A DNA stretch of 64,000 nucleotides, taken from contig OZ024740.1 of assembly GCA_964016885.1 (NCBI GenBank), positions 432,202,001 to 432,266,000 of the forward strand, read 5' to 3'. The notes beneath the pieces are model-generated. The model saw nothing but the letters and a program-made list of their open reading frames with translations, did not search any database and was not told the origin of the DNA. Of the stretch, positions 25,861 through 36,715 are shown piece after piece. A program made the position numbers and the translations under genes. Source of the DNA: Eledone cirrhosa (taxonomy: Eukaryota). Position 1 is the first letter of the stretch; every line of letters begins with the position of its first letter.

Positions 25861-27025
25861 TACAATAATATATACATTACATATACACTCTCTATATTAT
25901 ACACTATATGTGACGCTGTCCAAGGGGAAGGTAATGGCCTATATAATGACGTTACAACTCATTTCTACAGCTGAATAAACTGGAGTAACATGAAATAATT
26001 GTTATATTAAATTACTTTTTAATGTAATCAATCTTATTTCAAATACTCTCTTCATTATTCCGGAAGACAGCAGTGTCGGTCTGATTGCCTAACATTAAAT
26101 GTTTTCTATCTACAGCTGTTTACCTGTTGTTTCTGTCCTTCTACCAAGGTACATGATGTTACACTAACAAGAATATATCTTCGTAAATGGATTAATTCGT
26201 GTATTTTGAAGATCATTATATGAATAAATTACACTAAAACATTGCGTGTTAGTCTTAGCTACGACTAAAGTCATGTATCTGGTTCGGTAACTCCTGAGTG
26301 GTAGGGGCACTGTAGTGACATAGGGCCTTGCTTGGACACTTTAAAACCTGACAGAACCCATCTCCTCTACAGGTCTGAATACAGCAGATTTCTTGGTGAA
26401 GAATAGAGTGAGAGGAAGTAAGAAATATATATCGACCAGAACTTGACTGGTACTTTTTTTATCGACCTCGAACGGATGATAGGCAAAGTTGACTAAGGTC
26501 ATACTGGATTAATAAACATATCTTTTTAACATTCTCGATATCTCATTAGTAATAACAAATAGACTGAAATCTTGTTAAACTATAAATTATTACAAGAGTG
26601 GCGATGATGTTTATATATATATATATTATTATTATTATTACTGAATAAGCTATATAATAGGTCGGGGATTAACGACAGTGATAAATATTTAAATAGAAAC
26701 AAAATAACATTGTTAAAATATGTATGAACTAAACTGAAAGTTAAAAGAATATATTACAATATAAAAGTTTAACATTAAAACCTGGAAATAAACAAACGGT
26801 GTAGACATTAATATTGAGACAGAAATAGTTACAGGGATTTGTCTCGTTTACACACTTATCAGGCTTATACACAGAGTGTTACTGAAATTTATACTTACAA
26901 TATATATAAATATTTTGTATATTTTTACTTCAAGTTATTTGAGTTCCAACAAATATCACTTTAATATGAAACAGTTGGAGACATCACAACTGACCGTTTA
27001 AAGGAAACTTTTAAGACTGACTTAC

Positions 27026-27270
27026 CTCCCCTTTTTTTCACAATTTAAAGTTTTTAATATTTTCGTCAGATATCCGTCAAAGGACAGAGGAACTCAGGAG
27101 AGTCAACGGCCATCCAATAAAGGTTGTTTTGTTTTTTTCGCGAAGCGAGAGACTCCTAGTCTTCATTAAGACATCTCTCAAGAAGGTCACCGATATAAAA
27201 CATGCAATTTCGTTTGTATCTAATGATGTAGCGTAGTTCTTCTTTTGGGGTAAATGCATTCGATGTTCAG
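27026..27270 (-). other. PIGQ: Possible first (non-coding) exon of PIGQ; 5' boundary unknown
   Basis: Consensus donor GAG|gtaagt at 27025 in unique sequence with locally elevated CpG; no frame stays open from an ATG to the donor. Confidence 0.4.
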
Positions 27271-27417
27271 AGAGTGGGATTGGATGGATTCTTCCTCCAT
27301 ATTTCCTTCTCACTTTCATTCTCTGACTTTCTCTATCTTTCACTGGAAGATGAATATATATATATATACATTGTCATAGTTTTACATCCTTTCTTCCATG
27401 CTTGCATGGGTTGGATG

Positions 27418-28349
27418 TATAGCGAAGAACTCGGTGTGTATGAATGTAACAAAGAGACATGGTTTGTGTGTATAATATTTAATCAACAATTTAACAGTAT
27501 AGTTGACATGTCAATGAATAAACGAAAGAATGAAACAAAGTTAGTAGTTACCGTTTTGATTGCCAGGCAAACGCGGCTGGCAGAAGACGCCTGGCGAAGG
27601 CCAGGCGCCGGAAGGGCCAATGAGAGAGTGAGAACTTAAAGTTGTTAGTTTTATAGGGTTCTGACTACACCGAATACGCTCACTCAGCGAGACAACAGCA
27701 GCAGCAACAGCAATACAGCAGCAGCAACACCAACAGCAATATAACAGCAACAGCAATACAGCAGCAGCAGCAGCAACAGCAGCAGCAATACATCAACACA
27801 GCTTCACCAACAACCAAAGCCAGAGAATTTATTTTTGCAGCACTCTTCCTGTGAGAAAATCCATTCGGAGGTTGGAAATTTCACGATATACCACAGAACA
27901 GAAACCACCTGCATTCATTCTCTGGAACACACTTTCTTTCCTGCTGTCATGTGATTGCACACCAGTGAACATATTTCATTCGATTTTTATATTCTAAAAT
28001 TCTGGCGGGAGGTTATGTAGCAGTTGCCTCCCTTGTTTTCAACGGCAAATTTACGTGGTAAATTTTTAAACCGGCGAATAGGAGAATATAGCTTAAGGCT
28101 GAAGAATCCTTGGCGAGAAACGTTATCTCTGTGAGTCGAGAATTTGTGCTGCCTACACGTGCCAATACAAGGTTAAGTTAGGTTTAAAAAATAATATTTC
28201 TAACGCGCGAGAAAATGATAGTGCAAGTGTGAAAGTGACAATGATGAAAAAGAAAGGCTTCACTCAGCATAATTATTGGTGTGAACTTTGGAAAAAAAAC
28301 TTGAACGATGAAGAAAACGATGAAAAAAAAAAAAAAAATGGTTCATCGA
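27418..28349 (-). mobile_element. Truncated, internally inverted sister copy of the LTR element at 29534-31538
   Basis: 27418-27665 matches the LTR (direct); 27666-28037 is the reverse complement of ~30330->29838; ~28036-28349 is a direct match to ~30488-30868 with deletions. Confidence 0.88.
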
Positions 28350-28930
28350 GCAGTTTTCTTTCACATATCGCGGACCTTCATCATCTGAATTGTCAGCTCT
28401 TACCATCTCCGGCCAGATCTTCCTTGGTCTTTCTCTACTGCTGCTACCTTCCACTGAGATTTCTTGGCATTTCTCCACCCAGCAACCATCATCCATGTCC
28501 ATACCAGCTCAGTCTTCTCTCCTACACACTACATCTAATTCCTCTTACACCCAGCTATTCTCTCAGCTTATCCATATTTTCCCTTCGTTTCTCTCCCACC
28601 ATTTCTCTCTGCATGCACTACTCATGCTTCACTACCATGTAACATCATGCATTGCACACAACTATCTTACAACCAGCCTTTTATAGTCAACAGAAGTTGT
28701 AGCTCCTTGAACTTTTTTCTATCCTGTTCTTACTCTAGTTACTATGCTTTCAGACCAACCTCCTTCACTGCTAATTAGATCACAGACCTTCTCCAGTTCA
28801 AGGAGCACCGGATAACAGATGTGGAATTCTATTATAGACCTTCTCCAGATCAATAAAATCAAGATATAGCAGCTTACCATTCATGGTCTCCTCCACTATT
28901 GATTCTTAGCAACAATTCTCACCATTGCTG
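28350..28930 (-). mobile_element. Degraded RTE-clade LINE, ORF C-terminal region
   Basis: Minus-strand RRLSWYGH..MDDGCWVEKCQEISVEGSSSRERPRKIW matches the RTE 'RRLRWFGH...GRPRKTW' motif; frameshifted. Confidence 0.75.
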
Positions 28931-28999
28931 TACACTCCCCAACTCCATACAGGATCGATTGTAAACACTCCAAGTCTTGGTTGGTACATTTGGACACAT

Positions 29000-29530
29000 T
29001 TCATGATCTTCACCACTCCTTCTTCAGATCAAATTTATTGTCCTGAAGGGTTTTTAATTGATTCCCAGAATGGTTTGCCTGATTTCAAGTGCATGTTTGG
29101 AAGGCCAGGCTTGGACTTGATAAGAGGTGCTGCCTTGTGGATCATCTCCTGACACGGTATGAGAAGGAGCTGTATGAGAAAGGGTTGGCAGCCACTGAAT
29201 AGGTGTAGATTTCAGTGTGTCAGATACTTATTGCCAAGTTGAGGATGGTGTCAACTTACTTGGTATGGCAGCTCCCTGTACAGACTGGTCAACAGTACTC
29301 TGAAACTGAGTATTCAAGTGCTAAGCACACAGTTTGGAATTTGTAAGCATCAGGCCCTAGCTGTTTCCTGCCAACTTGCAGATGGTATTAATCCTGGTCT
29401 TGAGTTTTTCAGAAACCCTCTTTATGTGCTCTTGATAAGACAGGTTGTAATCCAATGTTACACTAAAATATTTGGGATGTGGTTCATTCTTGACAGGTCT
29501 ACCACAGAAGGAGACCTTGGGTTCTGTCCT
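29000..29530 (-). mobile_element. Degraded non-LTR retrotransposon RT region (Ingi/Vingi- or I-group-like); continues at 31539-31597
   Basis: HPKYFSVTLDYNLSYQEHIKRVSEKLKTRINTICKLAG is the 'PKYLGVTLD..L' thumb motif; the upstream motif SKTTVTAFHL lies on the other side of the LTR element. Confidence 0.72.
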
Positions 29531-29904
29531 CAATATAGTGAGATACTGGGTTGTATGATTTGTAACAAGGAGACATGGTTTGTGTGTATAATATTTAATC
29601 AACAATTTAACAGTATAGTTGACATGTCAATGAATAAACGAAAGAATGAAACAAAGTTAGTAGTTACCGTTTTGATTGCCAGGCAAACGCGGGACGCCTG
29701 GCGAAGGCCAGGCGCCGGAAGGGCAAATGAGAGGGTGAGAACTTAAAGTTGTTAGTTTTATAGGGTTCTGACCGGAAGTTACAGAAAGGGTTCTACTTCC
29801 CGTCTAGATGTTGTTAATCTATTGGGGTTGTGAGTCACAACAAGGGAGGCAACTGCTACATAACCTCCCGCCAGAATTTTAGAATATAAAAATCGAATGA
29901 AATA

Positions 29905-30091
29905 TGTAGCAAGTTGGCGAGAATGTTGTAACAGGCATGAACATTACGACAAAAGAATGTTTGCAAAAATCAATGATAGATGTCAAGGTAGCCAACCGCT
30001 CTTGGCCAGAGAACGACTGGACATCTATCTATCCATCACCCAAAGATACAATGTAATAAAGTAAGAGAAGAGCTCAAAGTTCAAATGTACA
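29905..30091 (+). mobile_element. 187-bp solo LTR of a second family nested in the LTR element
   Basis: TGTA...TACA termini, 5-bp duplication AAATA (29900-29904 and 30092-30096), AATAAA at 30055; the segment is absent from the sister copy at ~27965-27977 (empty site). Confidence 0.75.
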
Positions 30092-31178
30092 AAATATAGT
30101 TCACAGGTGTGCAATCACATGACAGCAGGAAAGAAAGTGTGTTCCAGAGAATGAATGCAGGTGGTTTCTGTTCTGTGGTATATCGTGAAATTTCCAACCT
30201 CCGAATGGATTTTCTCACAGGAAGAGTGCTGCAAAAATAAATTCTCTGGCTTGTTCTGCTGGTTTTGGTTGTTGGTGAAGCTGTGTTGCTGTTGATGTTG
30301 TTGTCTCGCGGAGTGAGCGTATTCGGTGTTTAAATTCACAGTAAAAAAAAAATTTTCAGAAAAAATGAGTTGCGCAAAGTGCTAGAAATAACAGCCGAAG
30401 TTGATGGTCGATGTTGAGAATGCGTTGACCTGGAAGGGTCAAGAGGCCAGCGACCAAAGAAATAAGCATTCTGAATAAATGCGCAGTTTTCAACGGCAAA
30501 TTTACGTGGTAAATTTTTAAACCGGCGAATAGGAGAATATAGCTTAAGGCTGAAGAATCCTTGGCGAGAAACGTTATCTCTGGCGTGCGGCTATCTCTGT
30601 GAGTCGAGATATCTCTGTGAGTCGAGAATTTGTGCTGCCTACGTGCCAATACAAGGTTAAGTTAGGTTTAAAAAATAATATTTCTAACGCGCGTGAAAAT
30701 GAAAGTGCAACAGGTCGTTGGCAGCAATTTTGAAAAAAATGTGTGTGAAAGTGACAATTATGAAAAAGAAAGGCTTCACTTAGCATAATTATTGGTGTGA
30801 ACTTTGAAAAAAAACTTGAACGATGAAGGAAACGATGAAAAAAAAAAAAAAAGGCAATGGTTCATCGAAAATAAATATTCCTGTTGAAATGTTTCAAAAA
30901 AAAAAAAATATCAAATTTTTTTTTTTTTTTTTTTTTTTGTTGAAAGTGTTCGTTGTAGGAAACGAGAAACATATATATCGTGAAATGCGACAGTTAGTTG
31001 ATGCGTGAGAGAAAAAGTCTGTCTGAACGCGAATTTCACATGTGCGTGTGTGCGTTTCTTTGACTGAGTATTTTCATAGTTTGTCAATAAATTTGCTGTG
31101 TATTCGTAATGTTACTAACACAACACCAGATTCTGCTATTTTTTTCTTTTTTCGGGGTGACCACTTATAACAATGAAC

Positions 31179-31210
31179 GGCTGCGTGTTCGTATCACGTC
31201 GGTGTTACCA
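31179..31210 (-). other. Extended tRNA-Trp primer-binding site
   Basis: Plus strand GGCTGCGTGTTCGTATCACGTCGGTGTTACCA versus the metazoan tRNA-Trp 3' end as recalled, GGCTGCGTGTTCGAATCACGTCGGGGTCACCA: 29/32, including CCA. Confidence 0.85.
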
Positions 31211-31603
31211 ATATAGTGAGATACTGGGTTGTATGATTTGTAACAAGGAGACATGGTTTGTGTGTATAATATTTAATCAACAATTTAACAGTATAGTTGA
31301 CATGTCAATGAATAAACGAAAGAATGAAACAAAGTTTGTAGTTACCGTTTTGATTGCCAGGCAAACGCGGGACGCCTGGCGAAGGCCAGGCGCCGGAAGG
31401 GCAAATGAGAGGGTGAGAACTTAAAGTTGTTAGTTTTATAGGGTTCTGACCGGAAGTTACAGAAAGGGTTCTACTTCCCGTCTAGATGTTGTTAATCTAT
31501 TGGGGTTGTGAGTCACAACAAGGGAGGCAACTGCTACACTAGCTTGTCAGGTGCTGAGATGGAAGGCTGTCACAGTGGTCTTGCTATGGTCGGACTGTAT
31601 ATA

Positions 31604-32077
31604 TCTATATACATAAATGGCAATTTCTGTCTGTTTGTTTGTGAACCTAAAACTCAAAAACTACCAAACCGATCTTGATGAAACTTGACACATGTGTGGG
31701 GCTCATGCCCATTTGATTTCTTACGTATATTTTATTTTAATCAAAGGGTTCCCCGGGGGTTCGAACCCCCACTTAATTTTTTCCCTTCGATTTATATGAG
31801 ATTTAAACCATAGGTAAATGACAAGATATGATGCCTATTCACAACATTTCAGCAATGAAACACCCTAATGTGGGTTCTATTCTTTTCCTTATAGCAACAC
31901 TCAACTTCTCTAACAAACATTTTTTCACCTGACCAATGCAATCAACAATTTTTGTTTGTATTATTGTTTCGTAAATGAAATCTGTCCTATATTTTGATTT
32001 CATTTTTGGTCTGAGAGGCATTGGGCATTTTAATGGGAATACCCCCGCTCCCGGGTATTACTGGGTACCTCAGCTAG
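31604..32077 (+). mobile_element. Non-autonomous Helitron
   Basis: A|TCTATATACATAAA...CCCGGGTATTACTGGG-TACCTCAG-CTAG|T: 5' TC, subterminal GC-rich hairpin, 3' CTAG, A/T insertion site, no TSD. Confidence 0.8.
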
Positions 32078-32245
32078 TGTATATATATATGTGTGTATTT
32101 ATGTAATCTTTTAAATGTTGACTATATAAAGTCTTTGAGTTATGTTCATTATAATTTATGTATATATATATAGTAATAATAATAAATTTGAAGACTAAAA
32201 TCCAGAGGGCTCGATAAGGATAACTGTAGAGCAAATATTTATTAA

Positions 32246-32622
32246 AGTTTAAGCAAAGAATCGCTGCTTTCACCTTTAATGGGATCTTCTGAAACTAAAA
32301 AAAATCAATCTGTGAACGCAGAAGTAAATATTTTGAAAAACATTGCAAACGAAGGAAGAATATTAATCTACGACTTCATTTATACCATAAACATGGTTTT
32401 GTCTTTGCATGTAATTGTCTTCATCGCTCCAAATAATGATGTATTATCTTCGTTTTTTTTCCGTTCTTTGCCAGGGAACGTTTCCACGAACCAAAGTTTC
32501 GTCTTCCTGTCTTCCTTCGGTTGCAACGTTTTTCGAAATATTCACTTCTGCGTTCACAGATAGATTTTTTTAGTTTCAGAAGATCCCGTTAAGGGTGAAA
32601 GCAGCGATTCTTTGCTTAAACT
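32246..32622. mobile_element. Kolobok-like MITE with ~115-bp TIRs
   Basis: TTAA|AGTTTAAGCAAAGAATCGCTGC...GCAGCGATTCTTTGCTTAAACT|TTAA: TTAA duplication with AG..CT termini. Confidence 0.8.
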
Positions 32623-33226
32623 TTAATCTATTATTTTAATAAATATATATATATCATCATTTTGCGTCCGCCTTTCTCTGCTTGCAAGGGAGGGAACTGA
32701 TTCTGGCTTGATTTCTACAGCTGGATGCCCTTGCTAACACCAACCTCATTTACAGTGAGTGCTGGGTGCTTTTTTTCCATGGCGCCTACACGTCCACTTT
32801 TCAGTGTGGGCTGGGTGCTTTTTTTTGCCGTGGCACCTCCACAACCACTTTTGCAGTGGAATGATAGGGACCTCAGTCCCTATCATCTCATTTCTACAGC
32901 TGAGTAAACTGGAGCAATGTGAAATAAAGTGCCTTGCTCAAGGAAACAACACATCACCCGGTCTGAGAATTGAACTCACAACCTTCCGATTGTAAGCTCT
33001 AACCACTAAGCCATGTGCCTCCATATATATATATATATAATAAAAATAATTGTTTCTACTTTTGGCACAAGGCCAGTGTATTACTGGTACTTTATTTTAT
33101 CGACCCCATAAGGATGAAAGGCAAAGTTAACCTTGGCGGGATTTGAACTCAGACCAGAAAGGGTTGTAACTCTTTGCTGCAAAGCATGGCACCCAACCTT
33201 CTACCGATACTGCCAATCCACTGCCC

Positions 33227-33268
<42 letters not shown>

Positions 33269-34414
33269 GGGATCAGTATTGCATCATAAACATATTTAAT
33301 TACATATTACATATGTTTCACTGCTGATTAGCTCAAGGAACGATTGAATAATATTCGTTCTTGACTGGAATCGGAAGTTCCTCAGATATGTGTTCTCACG
33401 TGTATTTCATGATTTCCTTCTTTTTAAACATTCTTGAATTATTTCTAAAATATGTATGTATGGTCCCATAACTTCTGAGGGAGTTGCAAGGCACCATTTT
33501 GACATACAGCATTTCTAGAGCATTTTAAAACCTGGTGGAGCCCATCTCCTCTCCAGGTCTGAATACAGTAGCTTTCTTCCAGAGAAGGATAGAGAGAGTG
33601 AGAAAGAGATATAGAGGAAGAATCGACCCAGTACTAAACTGGTACTTTTTTTATCGACCTTGAATGGATGAAAGGCAAAGTTGACCTCAGCAGGATTTGA
33701 ACTTAGAGAATAGAGTTGAAACAAAGCTTTCTATCTGACGTTCTAATGACTGTCAATTCACTGTCTATCTTTAAAATAACCAGATGCAAAAGATGTTTTC
33801 TGATATGTCTACAATGGTCATGGTCAGGTGACAGGTTAAGCGAGGTGTTATCTACTGAGGTAAGGCTGGTCAGGTGACTACATATGTTCATTTAGTTTGG
33901 TTTCTATGGCTGGATGCTCTTCCTAATGCCAACCGTTTTACAGGCTGTATTCAGAGTATTTTATAACACTGCCACTACTATTGTAGTATGAACTGGAAAC
34001 AATTTATCATGACCCCAGCACTACCACAGTACAGGATGCTTTTCATTGTGGTACCATCACTGACCCATTACAGTGTAGGCTGAGTTTTATATAATGTTTT
34101 CAAATACTGCCAGTCCCCTAAACTGTTAAATATTGGTCATTTTCCTTTTTAATCTAGTGGTAAGAACTCTCAGGAGAAATCGTCAGCAGAAGGTCTTCAG
34201 AGAAGAAACTCTCAGTCAGGAGAGCTGGTCAGCAGGTTTTCAGAGAAGACCCCCCCCCCCTCCCTCAAGTGAAGGCTTCAGTCCTTAACTTCTATATTTT
34301 AAGCTGTTTATGAATAATAACTACTTTCATATCTTGTCTGATGTGAAGGAAAAACAAATTATCATCTGAAAAGATATCACAGCATGTGGGCCTTCATTTG
34401 CTAATGAATGAGAT

Positions 34415-34545
34415 GGGGAGAGATGGAGAGACAGAGACAGTGACAGTGGGGGAGAGTGAGTGGGGTAGTGACAGTGGGGGAGAGAGAGTGGGACAGTGAG
34501 AGTGGGGCGGTGACAGTGGGGGAGAGGGGGGGGGCAGTGGGAGTT
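34415..34545 (+). repeat. G-rich low-complexity tract (GTGACAGTGGGGGAGAG repeats)
   Basis: Several G4-G8 runs; G-quadruplex potential is inferred only. Confidence 0.6.
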
Positions 34546-35185
34546 TGGTTCCAATGTCGACCTGGTGTATCACCCTCATCACTGTCCATGTTTCCACACT
34601 AGCATGGGTTAGACGAGTTATCCTGTTGTGAGCAATGCCAGGTCAGGTGACCATGTCTTGCTCATACAGAACCGATTTATTTACCACACCACATAAGTAT
34701 GATTACTTTTGCTTTTATTAACAATCACAGACATTTCATAGAACATTGTAAACAAGACTAAAATAGTTTATTTCTTCAATTTTTAATTTTCTTCTTTAAA
34801 CAACTCTACATAAATGTTAAAATATCTTTTTTCCTAAACATGTCAATGTAGGCAGCTCGTCCTTTCATTGGGTCCATACTCATTAACAGTTATTAATATT
34901 TAAACAAATAGTTTCACAACGAAATCGTTTTATTCTGTTGTATTTTTGCAATAGAGTTGTATAACCATCTTTAAATAACCATTTATCAAATAGTACAATA
35001 TAACTTTTCAATAGCTTTATTTGAAAATCTCAACAATTTGTAAGAATTTTTGGGGTTTTTCTTTTGGATTTTCAATCAGAATTCTGGAGAAACCTAATGT
35101 AACAAAAGAATCAAAATCTTTAAATTATATCAAGATATTTCTTGTCATAAAAGTTACCTAGATATTTACATGACCCCTAAAAATT

Positions 35186-35390
35186 CCCTTTAGCATTTAC
35201 ATCACTCTATATATACTATTGTATTTTCACAGTAAAGGCTTTATCTCATATAATATCAAATCTATGAGATTTTGATATATATTTTGAGAACAATACCTAA
35301 CGTCGGTATGGGTGGCTGGTTATAGCCAGTTCGAACAGAAAGGGGTGAGAGAATTTTAGCCAGATAAGGACCAGTTTACATGCTAAAGAG
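35186..35390. mobile_element. Second copy (opposite orientation) of the piggyBac-type MITE at 18413
   Basis: CCCTTTAGCATTTACAT...TGCTAAAGAG|TTAA; the interior is a diverged reverse complement of 18413-18621. Confidence 0.72.
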
Positions 35391-36401
35391 TTAAACATTT
35401 AGATAAAACCCGAAAAGTTACCAAGGTATTTAGATAAAACCCTAAAAGTTACCAAGGTATTTAGATAAAACCCTAAAAGTTACCAAGGTGTTTAGATATT
35501 TATATAATACCCTAAAAATTACCTAGGTATTAAATATTTTATTAAAGGTTTAATGCATATTTAACTTTCTAAGATTAGGTGACATTTCGGACTTATGGTA
35601 TTTAAACACCTGTTCCACCTAGCTTAATTATTTCTTTAAAGAAATCTTTCACCATCATCTTAGCTTTATAAAAAAAAAATACTTTGGTATGTGTGGATGT
35701 ATGTGTATGTGGTGCATGTGTGTGTATGCATGTGTGGTGGGGAGCTTGTGTGTAGTAATGTTTCTTTAAATTTATAATATAACTGCTATAATGTTACAGA
35801 ATTATTCTCTTACAATAACTTTTTTAAATATTCTTTGATTAGAACAAAGAATAACCAAATTTAAAAAAAATATTTTAACTGTAAAATAAACAAATAATAT
35901 CTCTTGTTACAGAAAAACAATTTCTTTAGCTTTTTTTTTTTTGCCACATTTCTGGCAACAATCTTTTACATTCCCTCAAGGCCTTTCATTATTTACAGTT
36001 AGACCTTATAAAGTAAAACAGACTGCCAGAATTTCCAGACATTCCAACATAGTTGAACTATCTCAAGCAACCAATTATGATAGCACAATAGTATTTATAA
36101 TATATCTACAATAAACTACTGAAAAATGATTACATTTTAGAAAAGGTAAATATATTTACTAGTGTGTAACTATAAAATCTTTCAGTAAAGTATAGAGCTA
36201 GTTGTATAAAATCTGATGTAATATTACAATATTTGAGGCTGGAGGAGAAATTTAGATTCTATAGATTATTTCTTTATATTTTGACTGTTTTTCTTTCTTC
36301 CATAACAATTTTTGAATTATTATCTTAGCATTTTACCTTGGCAAGAACATGGGAAAATCTTTCCAGAAATGTTGAAAATACTAGCATTTGACTTCAACAT
36401 T

Positions 36402-36715
36402 GTCTACAAAAACTGACTTAGACAATGTCTTTGACTCTCTACAAAAACTGACTTAGACAATGTCTTTGACTGTCTACAAAAAACTGACTTAGACAATGTC
36501 TTTGACTCTCTACAAAAACTGACTTAGACAATGTCTTTGACTCTCTACAAAAACTGACTTAGACAATGTCTTTGACTGTCTACAAAAACTGACTTAGACA
36601 ATGTCTTTGACTCTCTACAAAAACTGACTTAGACAATGTCTTTGACTGTCTACAAAAACTGACTTAGACAATGTCTTTGACTGTCTACAAAAACTGAGAC
36701 ATTGACTTAGACATT
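36402..36715. repeat. 35-bp minisatellite (~8.5 copies) 3' of the SEC24 stop codon
   Basis: Unit TCTACAAAAACTGACTTAGACAATGTCTTTGACT(C/G). Confidence 0.93.

Larger units (their letters stand above)
29534..31538 (-). mobile_element. Non-autonomous LTR retrotransposon, 2005 bp, 327-bp LTRs, tRNA-Trp PBS (Ty3/Gypsy, possibly CsRN1-like)
   Basis: LTRs 29534-29860 and 31212-31538 differ at one site by eye. Minus-strand LTR runs TGTAG...CTATA with TATAAAA and ATTAAA inside. PBS TGGTAACACCGACGTGAT starts 1 nt after the 5' LTR; purine-rich GGCGGGAGG precedes the 3' LTR. No gag/pol ORF. Confidence 0.92.

Noticed and set aside
31179-31210. tRNA-Trp gene
   Set aside because: Only the 3' 32 nt with encoded CCA, no D-arm or anticodon arm; its position next to the LTR identifies it as a PBS.
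27274-31424. Three similar ORFs ending ...RRPGAGRANERVRT as a small gene family
   Set aside because: They are antisense readings of the three LTR copies.
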